Assembly: GCA_965207885.1 (NCBI GenBank)
Contig: OZ242311.1
Coordinates: 1,664,001-1,728,000 of the forward strand
From: Candidatus Latescibacterota bacterium
GTDB taxonomy: Bacteria; Latescibacterota; UBA2968
Length of the DNA: 64,000 nucleotides
Direction of reading: 5' to 3'
The notes beneath the pieces are model-generated. The model saw nothing but the letters and a program-made list of their open reading frames with translations. It had not been told where the DNA came from and did not search any database. The translations under genes and the position numbers were made by a program. The number at the start of each line of letters is the position of its first letter. Positions within the stretch are counted from its first letter, which is position 1. Positions 56,412 to 64,000 of this stretch are shown here, piece after piece.

Positions 56412-57830
56412 CTAACGGCTGTCTTCTTCCAGATCCCGATACTGCACCTGCAACCTTCGCAACTCGGCCTTCAACTCCACCACCAGATCTGCATACGCCT
56501 CATCTCCGTACACATTTCGCAATTCATCGGGATCCTCTTGCAAATCGAACAACTCCCAGTAATCGCCCTCGACATAATATTCAATCAACTTGTAGCGGTC
56601 TGTACGCACGCCGCGGTGCGGGCCAATGCGGTGCGGTGTAAAATACTGGAACGACGGCTCTGACATCGCCTCTACCCCCTTGCCGTGCAACACCCATGAA
56701 TCTTCAAAATAGGCGTAATAAACAGACGTACGCCAATCATCGGGTTCTGTCCCCTGGAGTAACGGACGCAAACTCTCTCCCTGCACGCCTTCGGGAATTT
56801 CCACGCCCGCAAAATCCAGAATCGTCGGCGCAAAATCCACATTCATCACCAGCGCATCGGTCACATTCCCGCTTATACCCCCATTTGGATAGCGCACCAC
56901 CAGCGGAATGCGAATCGACGGCTCGTACATAAACCGCTTGTCGTACCATCCGTAATCGCCCAAAAAATACCCGTGATCCGACGTGTAAATCACCAGCGTA
57001 TCGTCAGCCCAACCCGTCTCATCCAGATAATCCAGCACCCGCCCCAGGTTCTCATCCACACCGTAAATCGTGCGATACCGATCCTTCATAAAACGCTGAT
57101 AAATCCAGTCCTTCTTTTCCCCTTCACTCAAACCCTCGGGTATATCGTCGTAATCGGGCGCCAGACTAATATCAAACTTCATATCTTCAGCCAGAGCCGC
57201 AATCTTCCGCGTCGCAAAATCATCGCCATACGTCTCCGGCTGGGGAATCTCGACATCCTCAAAAAGATGCGCGTGTCGAGGTGCAGGCGTAAACGGACGA
57301 TGTGGTGCCTTAAACTGATACACCAGACAGAAAGGCTGTTCCCCATCCAACCCCCTCAAAAATTCAAGCGCCATATCCGTCGTTATATCCGTGGCATACC
57401 CCTCCTTTACGATCTCCTTTCCATCATCGATATACGTCGGATCAAAATACACGCCCTGCCCGGGATGAATACACCACGTATCAAACCCACGCGGATCCTG
57501 CCGGATATGATACTTGCCAAACAACGCGGTCTTGTATCCCGCATCGCGAAGCAACTCGGGAAACGTCGGCACATTTGGATCCAGAAACTCAATCGCATCG
57601 GCTCTCTCAGAATTTCCACGAATACCGTGGACATGTGAAAAACATCCCGTCAGCACCGTGCCCCGCGCAGGCGCGCACAGCGCATTGGTCGAAAAACAAT
57701 TGTTAAACCGCGTACCCTCATTCCCAATGCGATCCAGATTGGGCGTATGCAAAATCGGATTCCCATAACTGCTCATCTCGCGCGGCGTGTGGTCATCGGT
57801 CATCACAAACAAAATATTCGGTCGCTTCAT
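56412..57830 (-). CDS. Sulfatase (Cys-type, cytoplasmic)
   Basis: PNILFVMTDD, CAPARG (CxPxR), GKYH, YTSDHG, DKRFMYE. Confidence 0.93.
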   Translation of the reverse strand: MKRPNILFVMTDDHTPREMSSYGNPILHTPNLDRIGNEGTRFNNCFSTNALCAPARGTVLTGCFSHVHGIRGNSERADAIEFLDPNVPTFPELLRDAGYKTALFGKYHIRQDPRGFDTWCIHPGQGVYFDPTYIDDGKEIVKEGYATDITTDMALEFLRGLDGEQPFCLVYQFKAPHRPFTPAPRHAHLFEDVEIPQPETYGDDFATRKIAALAEDMKFDISLAPDYDDIPEGLSEGEKKDWIYQRFMKDRYRTIYGVDENLGRVLDYLDETGWADDTLVIYTSDHGYFLGDYGWYDKRFMYEPSIRIPLVVRYPNGGISGNVTDALVMNVDFAPTILDFAGVEIPEGVQGESLRPLLQGTEPDDWRTSVYYAYFEDSWVLHGKGVEAMSEPSFQYFTPHRIGPHRGVRTDRYKLIEYYVEGDYWELFDLQEDPDELRNVYGDEAYADLVVELKAELRRLQVQYRDLEEDSR

Positions 57831-57840
57831 CTTCGCTCCT

Positions 57841-58353
57841 TCACAAGTTATCAACAAAAGACTTCAACTCTCGATAATACCGCAATTTCTCAACCCTCGG
57901 CATGGGCAGCGCACCGCTCGTTGACGGGGCGAGAAACAGCTTCGCGCCTTCCAACAACTCATCTTGCAAACCGTAATCTCGCTTCCCGCCCATCACTTTG
58001 GCGTATCCGCTCTTCCCATTAAAACAAATCACCGCGGGCCGATACCTCTGCATTTTTTCTCGCAACAATTCAAAACCCGACACATAATCGCCATCCGTCA
58101 GATCTCCAATCCCCCGCGTCGCTCGCCCCTTCACAATATCTGTCAGCCCGATATTATAATCCAAAATAGTCGCATCTTCCCGAGGCTCCAACAAGCGATC
58201 TGTCAGCCCGGCCTCGTACAAAAACGGCCAAAACTGATTGCCACGCCCCGCGTAATAATGACCAATTTCCGCGGACTTTAAGCTGGGATTAAACCCCACA
58301 AACACCAGATCCAGTCCCACGCGCAAATAATCCTGCAACATATAGTCAGCCAT
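57841..58353 (-). CDS. mug: Mismatch-specific uracil/thymine DNA glycosylase
   Basis: VGFNPS..S...GH.YAG.GN.FW, GLTDIV, PSTSG. Confidence 0.88.
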   Translation of the reverse strand: MADYMLQDYLRVGLDLVFVGFNPSLKSAEIGHYYAGRGNQFWPFLYEAGLTDRLLEPREDATILDYNIGLTDIVKGRATRGIGDLTDGDYVSGFELLREKMQRYRPAVICFNGKSGYAKVMGGKRDYGLQDELLEGAKLFLAPSTSGALPMPRVEKLRYYRELKSFVDNL

Positions 58354-58367
58354 ATTCCACACCCTTG

Positions 58368-58397
58368 TTGACACATCTCCCACAATTCGGTTAAATT
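58368..58397 (+). promoter_or_regulatory. Putative ilvD promoter
   Basis: TTGACA-N18-TAAATT. Confidence 0.5.
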
Positions 58398-58446
58398 ACA
58401 ACCTCGGAAAAATAAGACAAAGTTCATCTACGAAAGGAAATCTTCA

Positions 58447-60153
58447 ATGGCAAAACTGAATAAGTACAGCTCACAGATCACCCAGAGAAAATCCCAGGGC
58501 GGATCTCAGGCCATGCTCTATGCCACCGGACTGACGCGCGCCGACATGGACAAAGCGCAGGTCGGCATCGCCTCGGTCTGGTACGAAGGCAACCCGTGTA
58601 ACATGCACCTCAACGACCTCGCAGCCGAAACCAAAAAAGGCGTCACCGAATCCGGATGCGTTGGCATGCGCTTCAACACCATCGGCGTATCCGATGGCAT
58701 ATCCATGGGCACAGACGGCATGTCCTTCTCCCTTCAATCCCGCGACCTCATAGCCGACTCTATCGAAACCCTCATGGGCGCACAATGGTACGATGGCCTG
58801 ATCGCACTGCCCGGCTGCGACAAAAACATGCCCGGCGTGGTCATGGCAATGGGCCGCCTCAACCGCCCTGCTCTTATGATCTACGGCGGCACAATAAAAC
58901 CAGGTTGCGCCACTATTCAAGGCGAAGAACGCAAACTCGACATCGTCTCCGCCTTTCAAAGCTACGGCGAATTTCTCACAGACTCGCTCAGCGATGCCGA
59001 ACGCCAGGAAATCGTCGAACATGCCTGCCCCGGTGCCGGTGCTTGTGGCGGCATGTACACCGCCAATACCATGGCCAGCGCCATCGAATGCATGGGCCTC
59101 TCCCTGCCCTATTCCTCCTGCACACCTGCCGAAGACCCCGACAAACACGCCGAATGCATTCTCGCCGGTCACGCTGTACGCGCCCTGCTCGAAGCCGACC
59201 TCAAACCGCGCGACATCGTCACCAAACAATCATTCCTCAACGCCATTCGCCTCGCCGTTGTCACGGGCGGCTCCACCAATATCGTACTCCACCTGCTCGC
59301 GATTGCCAGAGCTTATGACATAGACCTCGACATCGATGAATTTCAACACATATCCAACGAAACACCCCTCCTGTGTGACCTCAAACCCTCTGGGCGTTAC
59401 GTCATGGAAGAGCTTCACGACATCGGCGGAACACCCGCAATGATGAAACTCCTCCTCGACGCCAATCTCATCGACGGCGACCAGATGACAGTAACGGGCA
59501 AAACAATTGCCGAAAATCTCGCCGACATAAAAGCCCTTCCCCCTTATGGCACGGGTGAAGGACAGCAAGATATCGTAAGCCCCTTTAATGACCCCATCAA
59601 GCCAACGGGGCATCTGCAAATTTTGCGTGGGAATTTGGCACCGGAAGGTTCAGTCGGAAAAATCACGGGCAAAGAAGGCGAGGTATTCAAAGGCGCGGCC
59701 AATGTATTCGACTGCGAGGAAGACATGCTCGCCGCCCTCGAACAGGGCAAAATCGAAAAAGGCAATGTCATCATCATCCGCTACGAAGGACCCAAAGGCG
59801 GGCCCGGCATGCCGGAAATGCTCACCCCCACATCCGCACTGGCCGGCGCAGGGCTGGTACAGGATGTCGCCCTCATTACCGATGGGCGTTTTTCGGGCGG
59901 ATCGCACGGCTTTCTCATCGGCCACGTCGTTCCCGAAGCCATCGAAGGCGGACCCATCGCCCTCGTCCAAACCGGCGACCAGATCACCATCGACAGCCAA
60001 AACGGAGAGATCAACATGGACGTCTCTGCCGAAGAGCTCGAAAAACGCCGTGCAGCCTGGACCCAACCGCCGTACAAAGCCAACCGCGGCACCCTTTATA
60101 AATACATCAAAAACGTAAAAACGGCTTCGGAGGGATGTGTTACAGACGAGTAA
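58447..60153 (+). CDS. ilvD: Dihydroxy-acid dehydratase
   Basis: [52 protein letters not shown]. Confidence 0.97.
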   Translation: MAKLNKYSSQITQRKSQGGSQAMLYATGLTRADMDKAQVGIASVWYEGNPCNMHLNDLAAETKKGVTESGCVGMRFNTIGVSDGISMGTDGMSFSLQSRDLIADSIETLMGAQWYDGLIALPGCDKNMPGVVMAMGRLNRPALMIYGGTIKPGCATIQGEERKLDIVSAFQSYGEFLTDSLSDAERQEIVEHACPGAGACGGMYTANTMASAIECMGLSLPYSSCTPAEDPDKHAECILAGHAVRALLEADLKPRDIVTKQSFLNAIRLAVVTGGSTNIVLHLLAIARAYDIDLDIDEFQHISNETPLLCDLKPSGRYVMEELHDIGGTPAMMKLLLDANLIDGDQMTVTGKTIAENLADIKALPPYGTGEGQQDIVSPFNDPIKPTGHLQILRGNLAPEGSVGKITGKEGEVFKGAANVFDCEEDMLAALEQGKIEKGNVIIIRYEGPKGGPGMPEMLTPTSALAGAGLVQDVALITDGRFSGGSHGFLIGHVVPEAIEGGPIALVQTGDQITIDSQNGEINMDVSAEELEKRRAAWTQPPYKANRGTLYKYIKNVKTASEGCVTDE

Positions 60154-60990
60154 TCAAACCCCATTTTCCACAAGCTCTTTGAGCGGCACATCTCCCGCTT
60201 GCGGAATATAAAAACTGAGCGGATCGGAGACCACACCTAAGAGTTGTTTTTGAATGGGATTTGCGCGGGCAACGAGTTCATCGGGCATATTGATATAATC
60301 CATAGGCTTGACCCAGCGATATGCATAACCCACAAAAACGGTCTTGCGCGGAAAACCCGACCAATTTCTGCCAATGCCGTGATAGGTGCGCTGTTCAAAA
60401 ATAAATGCCGACCCCGCTTTGACATTCATATTGATCGCCCCCCTCGGATGACCCGTCGCCGGATCAATCGCCGGTCTGCCAAATAGCCGATTGCTCCCGG
60501 GCACGAGTTGCGTCGCCCCCGATGCAGGATCTGTCTGATCGCTGATGGCGTAGGCAATTTTGAGCAAAATACGCGGATGGGGTTCGGTCATCTCCCTGGA
60601 AGACGAACCGCCATCGCGGTGATACCCGCCCTTGCGCTTCACTTCTTCGGAAGGCTCTGGACCAGACGGCAAAACAATGAGATGCGAAGTAATCATCTGG
60701 ATATTCCAGTTGAGAATCTGCCATGCCAGAGGTGCCGTGGTCGGCCAGTCGAGCAACTGAAGAAAAGCATCGTGATGCACAATGCAGTTTCGCAAATTGA
60801 GCTTGCCAGTTTTCTCCAGGCGACCCTCAACCTTTTCCCGGTCGTAAATTTCATCAGTCGCCGCATTGAGTTCGGCGACAACATCGGGCGGCAGCGCATC
60901 TTCGATCAAGAGATACCCATTGTCCTCAAAAAACTGCTGCTGTTCATCTGTGAGAACAGCCCAATCGGATTGAACAGTCATAGCGATCAT
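60154..60990 (-). CDS. Phytanoyl-CoA dioxygenase (PhyH) family protein
   Basis: F..NGYL, HRD, LVPGS, T.HG..N..R; AAGGAG RBS before ATG 60990. Confidence 0.85.
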   Translation of the reverse strand: MIAMTVQSDWAVLTDEQQQFFEDNGYLLIEDALPPDVVAELNAATDEIYDREKVEGRLEKTGKLNLRNCIVHHDAFLQLLDWPTTAPLAWQILNWNIQMITSHLIVLPSGPEPSEEVKRKGGYHRDGGSSSREMTEPHPRILLKIAYAISDQTDPASGATQLVPGSNRLFGRPAIDPATGHPRGAINMNVKAGSAFIFEQRTYHGIGRNWSGFPRKTVFVGYAYRWVKPMDYINMPDELVARANPIQKQLLGVVSDPLSFYIPQAGDVPLKELVENGV

Positions 60991-61064
60991 CTCCTTGTCA
61001 TGGACTCGCAAACATATCACAAACAAATTTACGACCTGAAACCACGCGAGGCAAGCCATACTTG

Positions 61065-61718
61065 CTATCTATTGAAACCCTTCCCATCCGAAATCATCCT
61101 GCGTATGCCATTAGCCACAACATCTATAGCTACTTGCACATCCTCTTCAAATGGCACAATCAAATCCGCGTAATCTCTCGTCGGCTCTGTATAGACGCGA
61201 TAATTGGGCACAACATCCCGGCGATACCAGGCCACCGCATCTTTTAGCGACATCCCACTCGACGTATTGCGCAACATGCGCCTGAGCACCCGCTCGTGTG
61301 TATCCACGTCTAAAAATAGCTTAATATCCAGTAAAGCCCTCAGAGCCTCTTGCGAAAAAATCAAGTGCCCTTCCACAATAATTAGTCTCTCAGGCACGAC
61401 CTTTTGGGGATCATCCCCCCGCCGAAAAGCCCGCGTACCGGGTGGTGGCATTTCAATCGCCTGCCCTTCCCGCAAACATTTCACATCCGCGATCAAAGGC
61501 TCCCACAGCACAGCCCGCGGATGGTTTGCCGTCCGCTTGAGCTCACGCTCGTCTTCTGGCAGCGCTGACCAATCGCGGAAATAGCTGTCCTGATTGAGCA
61601 CGACAGGTCCAAAATCTGCGAGCCTATCGGCCAGCATATCCGTAAAAGTCGTCTTGCCCGCGGCGGATCCCCCTGAAACGCCGATTACGATAGGCTTGAA
61701 TCCGTTTTTTTTATTCAT
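61065..61718 (-). CDS. udk: Uridine kinase family protein
   Basis: GVSGGSAAGKTT, QDSYF, HPRA, IIVEG, KLFLD...R..RR..R, EPT..ADLIVP. Confidence 0.75.
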   Translation of the reverse strand: MNKKNGFKPIVIGVSGGSAAGKTTFTDMLADRLADFGPVVLNQDSYFRDWSALPEDERELKRTANHPRAVLWEPLIADVKCLREGQAIEMPPPGTRAFRRGDDPQKVVPERLIIVEGHLIFSQEALRALLDIKLFLDVDTHERVLRRMLRNTSSGMSLKDAVAWYRRDVVPNYRVYTEPTRDYADLIVPFEEDVQVAIDVVANGIRRMISDGKGFNR

Positions 61719-61769
61719 TTTGCAGCCCTATTGCAAAAAATAGACACATAGCTTATTATTTTCAGGCAC

Positions 61770-62196
61770 TAAATATATGAGGGGTGTGCATAATTCTTGT
61801 GTTGTGGTGTAACGACGTATAGAGTTTTTTTAATATTTTTCTTTTCATGCGTGTGGCTACGCCATGCCTGCGGCGTGCGGCGACTTCATTTTTTTGCGCG
61901 CCCAAAAAAATAAAGGAAAAAAAGGGCGCCCCTGCGGGGGGCTTGCACAGCGCAAATCGTTTGTATGCAAAAATAAAAGAAGGTGGCCTTTCGAGTTTGG
62001 ATGGACAACAGATGTCCGCTGCGAAACGGACTCACGCGCTGTGCGATATGGCTTTACTAGACCGCTTTATCTGATGATCCAATTAAGGGTTGAAATCATA
62101 GCATACTAATGACGACGGGTGCTCGTCACGCCTGCATGTCTTAAGCAGGCGTCCAGGAAAGTGTGATTTTTAATTTACGCACACCCGTAAATATAT
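61770..62196. mobile_element. Non-autonomous MITE-like element with imperfect terminal inverted repeats and 9-bp flanking direct repeats
   Basis: Left GGGTGTGCATAATT (61782-61795) versus right AATTTACGCACACCC (62172-62186); TAAATATAT at 61770-61778 and 62188-62196; no transposase. Confidence 0.55.
62125..62156 (+). repeat. GTC..CCAG palindromic element, copy 3
   Basis: GTC-ACGCCTGC-ATGTCTTAA-GCAGGCGT-CCAG. Confidence 0.65.
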
Positions 62197-62221
62197 ATGC
62201 AACTGGCAAGGAAATCCAATA

Positions 62222-64000
62222 ATGGAAGAATTTCATAACGAAGCCGATACGCGAGCTAAGCTAATTGATCCCGCGCTGCATCAAAGAGGTTGGAGCGAGG
62301 ACAAAATTAAGCGGGAAGAGACACCAGGTGCCGTTGACGTCGTAGATGGCAAACCGCGCAAACGCGCTCAGGGACGCATTGATTACACCCTTCGGGCTCG
62401 CGTGAACTCGGACACGCAGCCAGTTGCTCTGGCATTGATTGAAGCAAAATCTGAGCAATTCTCTCCGGGACATGGCCTTCAGCAAGGAAAAGAATATGCA
62501 GCGGCGACCAAAAGACTCAATGTCCAGTTTGTATTTTCCACCAATGGGCATCAGGTTGTTGAATATGACCGCATAACAGGAGAAACCACAGATCCCTATC
62601 CAATCTCTGATTTTCCCACACCTGACGACCTGCGTAAACGCTATGAAAATGCTCAGGGCTTCTCCTTAAACGACGACGAAGCCAAACCCCTGCTTGTGCC
62701 CTATCCCGGCGGTGAAGCCACGCGCCGCTATTATCAGGACGCAGCCATTCGCGCCACATTTGAAAAACTCGCCCGATGCGAAAAGAGCGGTGAAGCCAAA
62801 CGCGTCTTGCTATCTCTCGCAACGGGCGCAGGCAAGACATTTATCGCCGTACACCTGCTCAAACGCATCGCCGATGCCGGACAACTTCGCAAAGCATTAT
62901 TCGTCTGTGACCGCGACGAACTGCACACGCAAGCACTCGGCGCATTTCAAAATGTGTTCGGTTCAGATGCCGCCGCCGTGTCCAGCGGCAATCCGCAGAA
63001 AAACGCCCGCATTCTCATCGCCACGTATCAAACCCTCGATGTAGATACCGACACATCAGAAGGAAACTTCCTCACGGCCAACTATCCCGAAAATTATTTC
63101 TCTCACATCATCATCGACGAGTGCCACCGATCCGCCTGGGGCAAATGGTCCATGGTCCTGACGCGCAATCCAGAAGCCACCCAAATCGGTCTGACCGCCA
63201 CGCCCAGACAACTTAAAACGCGCGAAAATACCCCTGAAACCCAGGCCGACGAACAAATTACAGCCGATAATATCCGGCACTTTGGCAAGCCAGTTTATGA
63301 ATACGACATCAGCCAGGGCAATGAGGACGGGTACCTCGCAGCCTGTGAAATCCAGCGCGGACAGGTAGATATCGACTATACCGAACTCACCGCAGATGAA
63401 ATCTATGCATTGGGTCCCAAAGACGCCGTAACGGGTCAACCACTCGGAAGAGATCAACTCCCTGAATCCTTTTCCAAAACCGAGTACGAATACCGAATAC
63501 TATTGCCAGACCGCGTCCGTGAAATGACCCGCGATTTGTTCAATCACCTCGTCGCAACCGGTGGTCCAGAGCAAAAAACAATTATCTTTTGCGTTCGAGA
63601 TACCCATGCCGATGAAGTAGCCAACGCGATGAACAATTTGTATGCCCAATGGTGCAGGGACAACAAACGCGATCGCGTAGATCCCTACGCCTTCAAATGT
63701 ACCGCAGCCAGTGGCGGCAGCGATTATGTCGCCGACCTGCGCGGAGCTTCTCGCCATCATTTTATCGCAACAACTGTGGATTTGCTCTCAACCGGCGTGG
63801 ATGTGCCTTCCGTCAAAAATATTGTCTTTTTCAAGTACGTGCGTTCCCCAATCGCGTTTTATCAAATGGTCGGCAGAGGCACGCGGCTCGACCCCGTGAC
63901 AAACAAACTGATGTTCCGAATCTACGATTACACAAATGCCACGCGATTATTTGGAGAGGACTTCCAATCTCGAATCAAAAGCAAAAGCACAGGCGATGGA
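62222..64000 (+). CDS. hsdR: Type I restriction enzyme R subunit (EcoAI/EcoEI-like), runs off the window end
   Basis: Manual translation: MEEFHNEADTRAKLIDPAL..GW, DY.L..IEAK, QQGKEYA, FSTNG, RYYQDAAI, LATGAGKT, IIIDECHRS, GLTATP, LLSTGVDVP, QMVGRGTR. Not in the ORF track because there is no stop in the window. Confidence 0.92.
   Translation, partial: MEEFHNEADTRAKLIDPALHQRGWSEDKIKREETPGAVDVVDGKPRKRAQGRIDYTLRARVNSDTQPVALALIEAKSEQFSPGHGLQQGKEYAAATKRLNVQFVFSTNGHQVVEYDRITGETTDPYPISDFPTPDDLRKRYENAQGFSLNDDEAKPLLVPYPGGEATRRYYQDAAIRATFEKLARCEKSGEAKRVLLSLATGAGKTFIAVHLLKRIADAGQLRKALFVCDRDELHTQALGAFQNVFGSDAAAVSSGNPQKNARILIATYQTLDVDTDTSEGNFLTANYPENYFSHIIIDECHRSAWGKWSMVLTRNPEATQIGLTATPRQLKTRENTPETQADEQITADNIRHFGKPVYEYDISQGNEDGYLAACEIQRGQVDIDYTELTADEIYALGPKDAVTGQPLGRDQLPESFSKTEYEYRILLPDRVREMTRDLFNHLVATGGPEQKTIIFCVRDTHADEVANAMNNLYAQWCRDNKRDRVDPYAFKCTAASGGSDYVADLRGASRHHFIATTVDLLSTGVDVPSVKNIVFFKYVRSPIAFYQMVGRGTRLDPVTNKLMFRIYDYTNATRLFGEDFQSRIKSKSTGDG

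Noticed and set aside
61847-62109. Short ORFs (75 and 81 aa) in the udk-hsdR intergenic region
   Set aside because: They cross homopolymer runs and hairpins of the MITE-like element and show no protein motifs

Overview
Gene-dense bacterial chromosome segment of about 60 CDS, with no rRNA, tRNA or CRISPR array that I can see. 1-13308 is one long minus-strand run: holB-metG-[GNAT, hicB fusion]-tatD-rsmA-ilvE-proC-hisH-hisF-proB-ftsB-recO-cNMP-binding protein-AI-2E transporter-valS (partial). It is preceded by a promoter, a structured leader encoding a 31-aa peptide and a terminator. The rest holds an orphan groES-like gene, HU, sugar-acid oxidoreductases, dinG plus a degenerate Rel, DUF1800/DUF1501, a degenerate RNase II-like gene, ubiX/ubiA-like genes, secreted proteins with C-terminal dockerin-like domains, xerC, topA, hflX, aceE-aceF-lpdA, a sulfatase, mug, ilvD, udk and the start of a type I hsdR. 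Four toxin-antitoxin loci, a small palindromic repeat family and a MITE-like element interrupt the core genes. The mix of dockerin-like tails, GWxTD, PhyH, NHL/PAL and sulfatase genes suggests a Latescibacterota/Gemmatimonadota-like organism, possibly sponge-associated; this is inference only. The strongest leads are: (1) a candidate multivalent attenuator whose Met/Val/Pro/His-rich peptide mirrors the operon's genes; (2) an AI-2E transporter carrying an apparently circularly permuted ASH/Ig-like domain, coupled to a stand-alone cNMP-binding protein; (3) a shared dockerin-like C-terminal tag; (4) covarying GTC..CCAG palindromes at accessory-gene insertion points. All calls come from reading motifs by eye; no searches or folding programs were run.
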